In this document: in pieces, positions 11,492 through 24,410 of the stretch | How positions within the stretch are numbered: the first letter of the stretch is position 1 | How the letters are laid out: every line of letters starts with the position of its first letter | NCBI RefSeq assembly: GCF_009834535.1 | Contig: NC_045696.1 | Location: 112,098,001-112,158,000 of the forward strand | DNA from: Camelus ferus | Taxonomy: Eukaryota | Direction: 5' to 3' | DNA length: 60,000 nucleotides | The notes under the pieces: generated by a model | The model's database searches: none | What the model was told of the DNA's origin: nothing | What the model saw: only the letters and a program-made list of their open reading frames with translations | Program-made: the position numbers and the translations under genes

Positions 11492-11659
11492 TTTAAAAAG
11501 CACTTTTTGGAAGATACTGCCATGTACATCTTGGTAGAAATTTTAAATGGGCAGAAACTCTAATCTACTGTTTCAAGCCAATCTGAATGTAAGTAAAATA
11601 AAATTAGGACAAATTATTAAAAGACATCAATTTAAAATTGAAACCTGTGGCATAAGACT

Positions 11660-14240
11660 TATGCTTTTAATTCACTGATAAGGAAATTCAACCTACAGGC
11701 AGACCAGGAGAAAGAATAGTCTCTCTAAAAAGCAGCACTGAAACAATTAGATATCCACTGCAAAAAATGAAAAACAACAACAAAAAATGATTCATAGCTC
11801 ACACCATACACAAAAATTAACTCAACATGGATCATGGGCCTAGAAACATAAAGCTGTAAACATTTAGACAAAATAATTGGAGAAGAGCTTGTGACCTTGG
11901 GTTGGGCACAGGTTTCTAAGCTGTGACACCAAAGTATGACATATAAAGATACAAATTGATAATTCAGATCTTTTTTCTTTTAAAAAATTAAAAAATTGAA
12001 TTTCAGTCAATTATGATAATTTAGATTTTTATCACAGTTTAAAACTTCTTTCTTTTGAGAAACTTTGCTAAAAGAATGAGAAGATAAACCACAGATTAGG
12101 TGAAAAAACATACACCTAAAAATAAATTTGTAACCAGAATACTTAAGAAATTTCAAAATTCTATAATAACAAAGCAAGCACCACACCCTCCCCCTTAATG
12201 GGTAAATTATTTGCACAGACATGTCACCAAAGACAAACTACCCTGGCAAACAAACCCATAGATGCACAGCATCACTAGTTATTAGGGAAATGCAAATTAA
12301 AACCACAGTGAGATACCACGACACACCTACAAGGACCTCTAATATTAAAAAGACCGCCAAATCAGGTGTTGCTGTGGCCGTGGAGAAACTGGAATTCTCA
12401 CAGGCTACTTCTAGAAGTGCAGAACCATACAACCGCTTTGCAAAGAGTCTGGAAATTTCCTGCAAAGTGAACCATGTGCCTACCAAACAATCTAGCCATT
12501 GTACTCCTGAGTATTTACTCATTTAATTTGGTATGTTAAAGCATATTTTCACTCAGTAACATGAATGTTCATAGCAGCTTGATTTGTAACAGCCCCAAAC
12601 TGAAGACAATCCAACTGTTCATCAGTAACAGGTGAACTGGTGAACTCTGGTACATCCAGACAACGGAGGGCTCTGGGTAATGAAAGGGAGTGAACTACTG
12701 ACAGATGGTACAACATAGATGAACCTCGTAATAACTACGCGGAGTGAAAGAAGATAGACACGAGATGGTATTTAAGGTATGGTTCCATTTATGTAAGACA
12801 CATTTATGTAAGACACAAACTAATACTCAGTAGAGGAGGCAGATCAGTGGTTGCCTGAAGACAGGGTTTGGAGGAAAAGGGAGGGGCAAGAGGGCAAGAT
12901 AACAAAAGCATATGGAGAAATACTTCTGGGGGTGGTGGTAGGTATGCTAATTATTGTTATTATTTTTTTTAATTGAGGCATAATTGACATACAACTTTAT
13001 ATTAGTTGCAGTGAGATAACATAGTGGTTCAGTATTTGTATATATTGCAAAATGACCACTACAGTAAGTCTAGTTAATATTCATCACCATACGTAGTTAC
13101 AAATCCGTTTTTCTCTTGTGGTGAGAACTTTCAAATTTTATTCTCTTAGCAACTTTCAAATATACAGTACAGTATTGTTAGCTATAGTCATCATGCTGTA
13201 CATTATATCCATAGGACTTATTTTAACACTTGAAGTTTGCATCTTTTTATGACCTTCATGAATTTTGCCCGGATCTTACCTCCTGCCTCTGGCAACCACC
13301 AATCTGTTCTTGTATCTATTAGTTGTTTTTTGTTTTTTTTTTTAAGATTCAGTGTATAAGTAAGATCTGATGGTATTTATGGTATTTGTCATTTTCTGTT
13401 TGACTTGTTTCATTTAGCATTATGCCCCCAAGGTCCATCCATGTTGTCGCAAATGGCAGAATTTCCTTTTTTATGGCATATATATACATCTATATCTATA
13501 TATATATATATCTATATCTATCTCACATTTTTAAATGAATTCATCTGTCAATGGACATTTAGTTTATTTTCATGTCTCAGCTATTGTAAATAACGCTGCA
13601 TTCAACATGGGGGTGCAGATATCTTTTCAAGTTAGTGTTTTCATTTTCTTTGAATAATTACCCAGAAGTGGGATTTCTGGATCATATAGTTGCTCTATTT
13701 TTAAATTTTTGAGGAACCTCCATACAGTGGCTGCACCAATTTACATTCCCACCAGCAGTGCACGAGGGCTCCCTTTTCTCCACACCCTCACGGACACTTG
13801 CTGTTTCTTGTCTTTTTGATGACAGCTCTTCTAATAGGTGTGAGGTGGTATCTCATTGTGGTTCTGCTTTGTATTTCTCTGATGATTAGTGATGCTGAGT
13901 ACCTTTTCATGTACCTGTTGGCCATCTATCTGTATGTTGTCTTTGGAAAAATGTCTATTCAGATCCTCTGCCCATTTTTTAATTAGTTTTTTTTTTGCTA
14001 TTGAGTTATGTATATTCTTTATATATTTTGGATATTAACCCCTTCTCATATTTGTGATATACAAATATTTTCTCCCATTCTATAGGTTGCCATTTCATTT
14101 TTAATTGTTTCCTTTGCTGTATATATTATTTTAATTGTGGTGATGATTTCAGAGGTGTATACATATGTCAAAAGGTATCAAATTTTATACTTTAAATATG
14201 TGCAGTTTAATGTATGTCAATCATATATCAATAAATCTGT
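11660..14240 (+). mobile_element. Old L1M (L1MB/MC-like) ORF2 3' part + 3' UTR, split by a younger antisense L1
   Basis: ORF 12221-12526 resembles L1 ORF2 (SLVIREMQIKTTVRYH). The 3' UTR breaks at ~12960 and resumes at ~14125 (TTGTGGTGATG...TATACTTTAAATATGTGCAGTTTA...CAATAAA). Confidence 0.8.
12965..14120 (-). mobile_element. 5'-truncated L1 (L1MA9-like) nested in an older L1
   Basis: T-rich tail at the left, L1MA-type 3' UTR and antisense ORF2 text GGTGTGAGGTGGTATCTCATTGTGGTT...GATTAGTGATGCTGAG. Confidence 0.88.
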
Positions 14241-14359
14241 CATAGAAAACAGTATTTAATAAAATATTTAACACCCAGTGTAGTACAGGCACTGATCCTT
14301 GAGAATAAATACTGGCCATGGCAGCATATTACAGCTGAATACCAACCAGCCTTGGTTCA

Positions 14360-15140
14360 AAGGTGCTCAATTTCGTTGGTTTTCTGGGAATGCAGTTTAT
14401 GACCACAACTCAATAACACTGCATACCTACCAACATGGCTAAAATTAAAGCAAACAAACAATGATACCAAGGGTGTGCAAAGATGTGGAGAAACTTGAAT
14501 TTTCATACACTGCCAGTGGAAATTAAAACTCTCTTGGAAAACCATTTGTCAATATCTATTGAAATCTGATAGACTTCAACCTCTGGTACATGGAGATTGC
14601 ATTCCTATATATATACCCAATAGAAGTGCATGCATGTGTTCACATAAAAGACATGTACAAAAAATGATCATAGCTGCACTAATCATAATAGCCCCAAATG
14701 AAAAATTACCCAAATAGTCATCAGTAGTAGAATGAATAAATATGATATATTCTACCATTAAATACTACTCAGCAGTGAGAATGAATGAACTTTATTTACA
14801 TGCAGTGGCATGGATGAATGCCACAAATATAACATTGAATGAAAGAAGCCAGAAACATGTAAAAAAGTTCAACTCTATGTTTCTATTTTAATAAAGGACA
14901 AAAAATAGGCCTAATTCATCTTTGCTGTTACAACGTAGGCTACCTGTTACCCTTGGGTCAGGATTAGTGACTAGAAGGAGGTATAAAGGCTCTTGGTGTT
15001 CTGACTCTTTATCTGTATGTTGGTGACATGTATATGGTCAGTTGGTAAAAAAAAAAAAAAAAAAAAAAATCCAAACTGGATACTTACGATTTGTGCACTT
15101 ATTTCTATGTGTATTTCAAGAAAGTGTTTATTTAAAAAAA
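14360..15140 (+). mobile_element. Old L1M (L1ME/MD-like) 3' fragment with an internal poly(A) at 15047-15069
   Basis: Degenerate ORF2 end (GGAGAAACTTGAATTTTCATACACTGC, ATACTACTCAGCAGTGAGAATGAATGAAC, TGAATGAAAGAAGCCAG). Confidence 0.75.
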
Positions 15141-16834
15141 TTAAGAGTGAATGGGACAGATGACTGATGGATTTTTAAAAAAAAAAAACTCCTCTCAATT
15201 AGTCCTTGGATTGAAAAAGTTTGAGAACAGCTACTCCAGTCAACAGCCTTGAGGAGGTGAGGAGCTCTTCTCATAAGCATGTCAAACACTGGGGGAGAGG
15301 GCGATGGGGTGCCTAGGAATCACGACAGAACCAGCTTTGAGTATTTGACTCTAAAGTACAAAAAATATTTTGATAAAACCTCATGTAAGCATCTACATAG
15401 CCAGTTCCCTGATTTAACAGCAATATCTATGAAGAAACACCGAAGTCTCAGAATAGAAATAGATCAGAATGTAATTCTTATCTTTTAAATAAATATCTAA
15501 GAAAGTAACTGCAGGAGAAAGAAGGGAATGAGAGACAGAGGACAAAAAAAAAATCTATTTTTTTCTAGATAATTGTTTGCTATCAATCCCCCAACAAAGA
15601 AGTATCTTGATCACAATGTCATAATAGAAGCCAAAAGGGATTAGATAGTTTACAGAATCATTTCCAGGGAGTCTCCAGCTCTGTGATGCCCCCATAATGA
15701 CTGCTCCTCATGCTACCTACAATTCCTGCATGACAGACAACCTTTTCAGCAGGGCTGGCAATTCCACTTACAGTTTGCCATTTCCCCAAAGCCAGCTGCT
15801 TCTGCCCTGTCCTCATCCAGCCTCCCAGTTTCTAGCCTCCTGCTGCACTGTCTCTGCTGGAAAGGAGTCCTTCCTGCACTGTCCTGCTTCCTGAGAGCCC
15901 TGCATTGTCTCTTCCAGTTGTCCCTGCATCTTTTGGACTTGCTGAGAGTTTGGGTAGCTGGGGATCTCCTCCCTGGATGTCAACAAATTCTCCTTTTCAT
16001 ACTAACCCATGAAGACAAAGGGGTAGAGCCCAGGCCCTGAAGGACAATTCCTGGGCCTTGATTTTGAGTCCTGGTTCTCAACTAGGGCAGTGCCATTCCT
16101 AGGCCACTTTGTGAGTCTTTAGGAGGTACTTTTGGTGGCCTGTTTGACTGAGGGCACTTCTGGAATTTAGTGGCTGGTTCTAGAGATGCCAGTTTTTCTG
16201 TACAGTGAAGAATTACCCACGCCTCACATGACTTTAAAAGGTGGATAATCCACACAGGTACAAGACCTAAACCTAGAAACAAATTCTTTCTTATACAAAC
16301 ACACAAAGTGTTTTTGCATGGTTTTAAAATGCACTGGACCTTCCAAGAGGCGGTCACCTGGTGGATTGAGGGGAGGTCGTATTTAACATGGGTTCATCAT
16401 TTCAGGACATCACGCTGATTCACCAAAACCTCACCTCTGTCAGTCTGCATTGTAGCTACTGCTTTCTTTGTGGTTCTGCATAAAGACATGAACATTATCT
16501 TATCTTCCAGTGGGGACATGCCCAAACATTTACATATTGAAATAGATATTTATCTATTATAAATAACTTCCATTTTTCCTTTACATTATCATTGGGATAG
16601 TATACTGATTTTTAGAAAAAGTGAAGTTTTGTGCAGGTAGATTATATTTACTGTGAATTTCATTTCAGAATGGAATAGGATGTTTTATAAAATATTTAGT
16701 ATATAATAGAGATACTGAGTCTCAACGCACTGGGATCCACCAATTTATAGAAACAGCTCTGATTCCTCTGAAAATTTTTCAAATGCTTTTGTAAGATCTT
16801 GACTTTTTGGGCCAAATATAAGCTGACCTTTGCC

Positions 16835-17010
16835 CAGTGGTGTGCTGGTAAATATTTAACGACTGGCTCTCTGCGGGGGAGAAGCCCTGATTCACAGTAT
16901 TTGCTGATTTCCATGATAGAAATACTCTGACCATGGCCAAGTTCAAGAATCACCTAACATGACATCACTGGACCTAGAATTGGGCAAAGACACCAAATAC
17001 TAGCTCCTGC
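16835..17010. mobile_element. MER63A-like hAT-Blackjack element
   Basis: Terminal CAGTGGTGTGCTGGTAAATATTTAAC and internal AGCCCTGATT...TTTGCTGATTTCC...ACCATGGCC...TGACATCACTG. Confidence 0.8.
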
Positions 17011-18829
17011 GGCCTCCTGTGTTATCAAATTTCTGCTTAGACACCACCCCAATTTTTTCTAGGTTTTCTCTACCAGAGGTCAGGGGATCATAGAACAAAT
17101 TAAGCAAAGAATAAATAAATGAAATGAGTCACAGCTTTATATGGGTGGCATAGGTACCACAAGGCTCAGATTCAAAGAGCATGAAGACAAACATGAATGA
17201 AAGGATTCTCTATATAGTCAGCTGATATCAGTTGACATTCCAGGATAAAAAGAACTGCCTTGTTCAAGTGAGAACTAGAAGACAGGACAATATGTTTCTA
17301 GCATTTATTCTGTCACTGGTTTGAGAAGAAGCTCTAGAGACAGATTTGTGAAACTGTGTAAGGCTAGCACCTGGGAAAGGAGCATTTGATCATCCAGCCC
17401 GTGGAAATTCGCAGGCAGCAGACTGAGCCTACTTGGTTGTATGTTAGCCTGTAAATGCTCAGTTGTTACCCGTCATTCTCAGGACTGGGGGATCCGCACA
17501 GTGCGTTGGACCAGAGCACAAAATCTCACCAAAAGGAATGATGGGTGATTGATCAGCTAAGAGAATGGATGAAAACAGTAACTAGATTGGCATAAATGGT
17601 GCTCGAACATGGAAGAGCGACCAAGATTTGTAGCAGTGGGAAACTGTCTGACGTAAATACATGTGTGTCTGACTTTGAATTTGTCCAGGGCCAAAAGTAG
17701 CCACATTTTCATTGTTTCTGCAACTCCTCAATAAAGAACACTGGAGAATTCCTGGGATGTGAAAGTAAGACCCCACTGTATAAAAGGCATTTAAGTAGTT
17801 TCTGTACCCATGGGGCTTTTAACGGCGAAACTTCTGGAGAACAGGCATGAAGGAATTGCTCAGCTGGCTTGGATGTATCCCAGGTTCTATTGGCTCTTAA
17901 TTCTGCATATTATTAGAGGGGACACCATCAGAGTCCTTTGTAATCAAGAAAGCTAAATTTTGTACAGGTTACCCCCTGCACACCGCTTTCGTGCTTTCAA
18001 ATCTTCAGAAATTTTAAGCGTAGCCCCACATTTAGAGATTCTCACGACCAGCGTTACTCTGGGATTTTGTCTTCCCTATGAATCCCGAATATTTAAGTCA
18101 TTCAGAGAAGATCCTTCTACCCCGTGACACTGCGGAGTTCACACAATTTTGAATAAAATCTTGAGCTTATGATGAATGTGTTCCAGACATGCAAAAGTTT
18201 ACGGTGACTGTCAACCAAGAAAATGTGCAACCCAGCAGATAATGGCATATGGTGTGTGATCTGATGAGGGGGAAGAAGGTTCGCAGAGCCCTCGCTAGCA
18301 GATGCTTAATGACAAAAGCAAAGTCAGTTGTACGGTCTCTCGGGAAAACAATAGGAAAATAAAGGTGAACGAATTTTTTTGCTGTGTCAGTAAAAGAAAT
18401 TCATGAGCTACACATTTTCGCCTGATATCAAGGAACAAGGACGAGAGAGCTCACGGCAGTGAGCTTAGGCCAGTGTGGCCAGAGGGTTGCAGGATGCCAG
18501 GCAGAATCACAAAGGACCCACTGCACTGGCGCTCTTACTCCTGAGCATTTAATAGCATTGTTGTTGTTGTATTTTATATGCTGCGATGGCATTTGCTATG
18601 TTATTGCTTGCTTTGCTTGCTGCCTAGAACCGGGCAGATCATCCCTTAACAATTCTTTCATGGAAAAAGAACTTCTCGCAGCTCTGGAGATACTGCAGGA
18701 GCCATAACCCAATGCCCTGTGGCCACTGTTTGGAGTGAGTGCCAATTGTTTGCCACCCATTAAGTCAGGTGTTACTGAAGAAGTGAGCAACTGAGCATGT
18801 TCTGTGTAGTTGATGAAAGATGACACCTG

Positions 18830-19290
18830 TTAGGTTTGTGTCTTAAGGTGGGCAGAAGCAGATACTGAGAGGTTCTGAGTGCATGTAGTTTCTATGGGGG
18901 AATCTCAATCTCAGGACGCAGTGGGGCTATGGGGAAGGGAGATGGTGAAGGGAGATGGTCAAAGGACAGGCAGTTACAGGGTGTCTGTCCACTGTGGGCA
19001 ACTGGAGTTCACGCCTGCTGGGGGTCTTGGGAAGAGAGTGTAGAATGCACTTGAGGGTTATCCTCCCAAAAGAGCAGGAAGGCCCCAGGACTGATCGACC
19101 AGCTTCCCGTTGGCCTTTGTTGAGGGCTGTTTAATTTTTTGACACTTTCAGCTTACACTGCATCAGAGCTGAGGATGCTCTCCCGGCCAGGAAAAATGTC
19201 TTTAGGCAGAGAGCTGCAGGTACTTAAGTAAGCAGCCTTTGGTGTGCAGAGGGGAGGAGGAAAGAATGTGAACGGGGCTGACAGCTTTCT
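18830..19290 (-). mobile_element. LTR33-like ERVL LTR
   Basis: CAGAAGCAGA...TGAGTGCATGTAGTTT...CCACTGTGGGCAACTGG...GTGTAGAA...GTTGAGGGCTG, LTR33 reverse-strand landmarks. Confidence 0.7.
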
Positions 19291-19292
19291 GC

Positions 19293-19294
<2 letters not shown>

Positions 19295-19330
<36 letters not shown>
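19295..19330 (+). repeat. (GT)18 microsatellite
   Basis: Perfect dinucleotide run. Confidence 0.97.
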
Positions 19331-19337
<7 letters not shown>

Positions 19338-20159
19338 AAAAAAGATGGACCATGAAGCATGGAACTAAGAGGCATTAAAAGGGCTGAGGTCACAGCTAGC
19401 TGATGGAGTGGTGCTCAAAGCTACAGAAAGCGGAAATCCAAAGTAGGGTCAGGGATGGTAACAATTATTGTGTCTTTAGCTGAGAACATGCTATAATCAA
19501 GTAGGTACCTTGTATACAATATAAACTGTCTCTCCAGCAACATTCAAGTTAAGTATCATTATACCTATACTATGCATAGGCGAGGTAACCAAGTTGCAGT
19601 TAACATGTCTCAAATGCCAGTGAGTAATTTTCATTTGAATCCAAGTCTCTTTGGACCCCCACACTGCCTGGTAAGTCCACCTGTTTTATCTGTAGTGAGG
19701 CTTGCAGTGGAGGGGAAGTTACCTTCTGTTGAGGAACACTGCAAATATTGGACCCACTGAAGGCATTTGAAGGAACACACGATGTGGTTGGCAAAACTAG
19801 CCTGGAAAGATCACAGCCAGTTGGGGAACAGTCAAAAAAGGTGGCTGGTAGAAATAGGAAAAAAGACCGTTGTGAAAGATAGTGCTTACTCCAGAGAAAC
19901 CTGATAAATTGCTCCGCTTTAAAGGCAGAAATGTAACTTGGAGGTGTCCAAACAAGGGTGCGTGGGGACAAGGAGCTGCCATTGGGATGCCGTGGCATGA
20001 TGAGAACATACTATAATCAAGTAGGCACCTTGTATACATGATAAAGCCCAGCCCTCACCACCCTGAGCAGGGCAATGAAAGACTTCAAGTTTAAGGGTCT
20101 GACATGGCTGTGGTGGCTGTGGGATCTGGTTTTAAGGCAGATGACCCTGTCTTTATTCA

Positions 20160-20551
20160 TCCCTGACTGAACTGTGTTCTCCCCAAATCCCAGTGTTGGA
20201 GTCTCAACCCACAGAGCCTCAGAAGGTAGCCATACTGGGAGATAAGGTCTTTAAAGAGGTGACTCAAGTTGTTGAAATCAGGTTGTTAGGGCAAAACCTG
20301 ATCCAAGATGCAATATCCCCATAAGAGGAAGAGACCCCAGGGGCCGTGTGCACAGAGGGATGACCTTGTAAAGGCACAGTGAGAAGGCGGCTGACCTCAA
20401 ATCAAGGAGGCTGGCCTCAGAGGAATCCAACCCTACTGGCACCTTGATTTTCGACTTCCATCCCCAGAACTGCAAGACAATAATAAATGTCTGTTGCTTA
20501 AGCTAGCCGGTCTGTGGTATTCTGTCACGGCAGCCCTAGCGAACCAGCTCA
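20160..20551 (+). mobile_element. MLT1A/B-like MaLR solo LTR
   Basis: GATAAGGTCTTTAAAGAGGTGA...GGCACCTTGATTTTCGACTTCC...CCAGAACTG...AATAAATGTCTGTTG...GGCAGCCCTAGC. Confidence 0.85.
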
Positions 20552-21070
20552 ATCCCTGATGAAGGCTTTGTGCTTCCTCAGAGCATGTGTCTTCCCGCAC
20601 AGAGGAGGACAACTCTGACTCCGGGCTAGCCCTTCACTGGAACTTCCAAGGAAGGGTTTAAGCACATCTGGTAAGTGGTCATGTGCATCTGTGACCTAAG
20701 TGTGGCCAGACCTGGATATGGCAGGACGCCTAGGCATGCCGGGGAAGGTGAGGGTCAGGGAAATAGATTGCAATCCCATGAAAAAGGAGGGAGGACCAAG
20801 GACAGTACCCCTCGTGGTTAGATGGTGGGGGTCCACCAAGGATGGAAGAGGAGGAATACCCTTGGAAGGGTGACCAAGGTATTACTGCTACTAATGCTAC
20901 GACCCAGCAGGCTCCAACAGTCCCCTTGGCTTATGTCATCTCTCTGGAAGGTCTTCCCTTTCTCACCAGGGTCCCAGCCCTCTGCCAACGGCTGGCTCCT
21001 CTGTCACATCTGCCATGAAACCTCCCTTGATCAACTGAACAGAATTGCTTTCTCATCTCTCTGACCCTCT

Positions 21071-21268
21071 AGAGCCACTGTCCAGTGGACCTCTCAGTGA
21101 TGATGGAAATAAATCTGTGCTCTACACCACGCAAGGCAGTAGCCACATGGGTACTTGAATCGCAGCTTGTGCAACTGAAGGGCAGAATCTTCCATTCCAT
21201 CTCATTTAATTTAATTTGACTTTAAATAGCCACACATTGCTAGTTGCTAACATTTGGTAGCGAAGATC
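21071..21268. mobile_element. MER3-like MITE inserted in an L2 remnant (~20950-21460)
   Basis: CTGTCCAGTGGAC...TGATGATGGAAAT...TTTAATTTAATTT...AAATAGCCAC. L2 3' motifs resume afterwards (GAGAGCAGGG, CAGTGCCTGATACACAG). Confidence 0.65.
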
Positions 21269-23279
21269 CAGAATGTTTACTATGCCAGTTCTGGTCTTGT
21301 CCCACACTGCTTTGGATGATGGTATTTCCACACATAGCTCAGTTCTCCACCCACATTGTAAGCCAGGTGAGAGCAGGGGCTCTCCCTTCAGGAAGTTCAT
21401 ATTCCCACGTCCCCAAGCCCAGTGCCTGATACACAGCAATTCTTAGAACACGTTTGTGAGCATACTGCAGCTGCCTTCTTGTCTTGGATCACTGATATAG
21501 TAGATGACTTGTCAACCTTGTGGCTCAAAAGGAAAAACTTTTAATGGCTTTCATGAGTCCCACTAGAAGCCAGGTCTCTGCTCCAATCCCTGGGGAGTAA
21601 GACTAAAATACAGTGTTGACCTTGAAAGTCTCAGGTCTCATGGAGAAGGCAGAGAGGTGAACCCAGGCCCACCTCTCAGATGTGCATTTAGGCAGCCCTG
21701 CAGTCTGTCTCAGGGGACTGAGATTTATCCTCATATTTTTTCCTCAGGTCAGCCTCCTTTCCCACAGGTTGAAAAAACATAGAATAAATGTTGACAGGGC
21801 AAGAGATGTGTTAGGATCCTTGACAAAACGTATTGAGCAAATGATGTTCTTGGAGAAGCCATCACCAGCTGCAGGGTGGGAGTAGAAGGGGGTGGGGGTT
21901 GGTGTTCCAGGTTAGAAACTCCAAAAAAAGTTACTGTCACTTGTTTTATGTAACTGTAACTGTAACAATGATCTGCCACCAAAGAGGGGCTTCTCTGTGG
22001 GCAGCCCTTGAAATACAGAGACCGTGCCTAATTCATCCTGGTCCCCTTCTTCCATCCCATCTCTACCCGCTACTCTGGGGACTTCGACAATAGTAGGTGC
22101 CCAGAAAATGTCTGCCCGAGAATGAAAAGGAGAGGGTGTTGAGGAATATTTATGCTAACCTTCTCTAGACGGGGCCAATTCTCCATTCCCTAGAATCATA
22201 TCCTTCCAAAAATGGGGGCCAGAAAGTTGGCTGTCTGGTCTCCCTCTGGTCCAATAGGCAGTAACTCTTTGAAAACAGCAGTGCTCCAGGGACTTCCAGG
22301 GGGATAAGCATTAGCAAGTCAACGTTCTACTAGGGAGCATGTTCTTCTTGGCTGCACAGCACTCCAGGCCGGCTCAGCGAACCCTGCTGGAATGTTAAGC
22401 AGGGTGCAGCCAACACCTTGTTAATGTGGAGGGAAACCAGCCATGCTCATCAGTGAGAAGAGCCCTCTGGAAAGAACGAAGGAGCAGAGACTGCCAAAAA
22501 CGGTGGAAAACAACCTGAGAGGCCAGTGACATGTTGACAAATATCACTCCTCCCTGCTTGCCTCAAATCAGAGTCAAGCAGTGGGAGCTTCCAGCCCAAT
22601 TTTCAAATTGGGTTTTCACAGTCCAAGACCCACCTCTTCCCTGCCTTATCAGCAGCCTCTGACAGGCTCCAGGTGGGTCCTGTCTGGGGGAAGAAAAAGA
22701 AATCCTGAAATATTCAGAACAAAGTTATTAGGGAGGTGTTGTCCTTCAACTATAAGCTTCTGGGAAAAAAAAACCAAACTAGAGTTTTTGCTTTTATTAA
22801 AAAAAAAGAATTCACAGCTTATAAAACTTGGCATGTGAAAAAAAGTAAAGATGATGCACGATTTCATAAAAGAAAAAGAAGTGGAAATAAAAGTGCTAAA
22901 TACCAACACTCAAATGTCAAAGAAGACAAGATTTCCCAGGAAAATAGCAGGCTGATTGGAAAAGCTGAAAAAGTTATTAGGATGGCAGAATTGTTTGGGA
23001 CATAGCCTCTTCTTACTTCAGAGCAAATTAAAAAGAAATAAAATCACAGGGCTGATGTTTTTATTTTTGGTCTGGTTCTAAAGTTAAGCCAGTGTGACTT
23101 TATCCTAGCCTGATCTGCCTAGGTTTTCTCTGCTTTAAAGGCAACATTGAGGTCAAGTTTAACAATAGCATCTTATTCTCCAGCCTAAATCACATGCACT
23201 CAAAAAGTTTCACGTGGTTTTACTTCTAGACCATGAACAAATCAAGAGTGTTGAATGAAACTGACTTTGAGTAATTGGG

Positions 23280-24410
23280 TTTCATATCCAGCTTGGGATT
23301 CAAATTATGTTCCTTAAGCTGTAGTGATGGCCTCCATCAATTTTGGAAAATTCATAGCCTTTTGGTCTTTAAAACTTCTCCTATCCCATCCTCTCTCTTC
23401 TCTCCTTTTGGGGCTCCAAATATACATGTTTAAACTTTTCAATATGCCTCCTATGTCTCTTCTCTGTATTTTCCACCCAATTAAGTCCTCTGTCTGCTTT
23501 AGTCTGAATACTTTTTCCTGACCTATCTTATAGGTCACTTATCCCCTTTTAAGCTGTGTCCCAGCTGCTAAAACTTATCTTTTGAGATCTTCATTACAGA
23601 ATTGCTATTTGATTCTTTCTTTTTCAATAGAGTATAGCTTTCTCGTGAAATTCCCCATCCTACCATTTATTTCTTGAATTTGCTAATTACATTGATTTAA
23701 AAGGTAAATGAAAGACTCTCTAGAGATATGTACCATTTCTGTATCACCTATGGGTCTGATTCTATTATCTATTTCTTCCTGGTCCGGTTTCTTAGTTTCT
23801 TAGCTTTTTTGTAGGTTTTGATGGAATGAAGGACACTGTGTAGGAAAATTTTAGAGGCTGTGGGTGATGACTTACTTCCTTTGGTGAGTAAATCCTCTCT
23901 GTAGGTAAATGGTAAACCTAGATATCTAGAGTGAGGAGAGCAGACCTCGATCTAATCAAGGGTTCAGTGGACCAGAGAGAACAGCTTACCTCTCTTGGGC
24001 TGGGTCTACGTTGCATCTTACCCATTCTGCTGCTTTCTAGGGATTCCCAAGGAGAGCTTGGGATGTTTATGACAAACCCTCCCCAGTATTCTAATTTTTG
24101 CCTTTCTAACACCATGAGATTCCGAAAACTGCACTTCTTTTTATTATTTTTTTTAAAGCAGTTTTTCCTTTGCTTGGCTTCTTAACCTCTTGTCTTATGC
24201 AACTAAGAATGAAAAGCTGACTGAGGGAGAAAGAGTGTGGGGCCTTCTCTTCTCAGAGGGCTTGGCCCTCAAGTTTTACATGCCTTGGCAGATCTCTCAT
24301 GCCTGGAAACAGACTTTTATTTTAATTTTCTCTGTCTTTCCTAGTTCTTCCTGGGGTCATTGGTCTGCTACAAGCCACTTCATCAGAGCCAGGAGTAGAA
24401 GTGTTGAATA
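23280..24410 (-). mobile_element. Old L1M fragment including ORF1-region remnant
   Basis: Minus ORF 23314-23538 (...SPKRREERG...AMNFPKL) resembles the L1 ORF1 'PEGEERE...ENFPNL' segment. The right boundary is uncertain. Confidence 0.65.

Noticed and set aside
16400..16760. AT-rich stretch resembling an old DNA transposon
   Set aside because: I could not assign a family or termini with confidence, so it is left unannotated.
21617..21625. Perfect ERR/SF-1 site TCAAGGTCA (reverse)
   Set aside because: Single 9-mer in repeat-like context, compatible with chance.
23150..23161. DR0 AGGTCA-AGTTTA
   Set aside because: Imperfect and isolated, with no other evidence.
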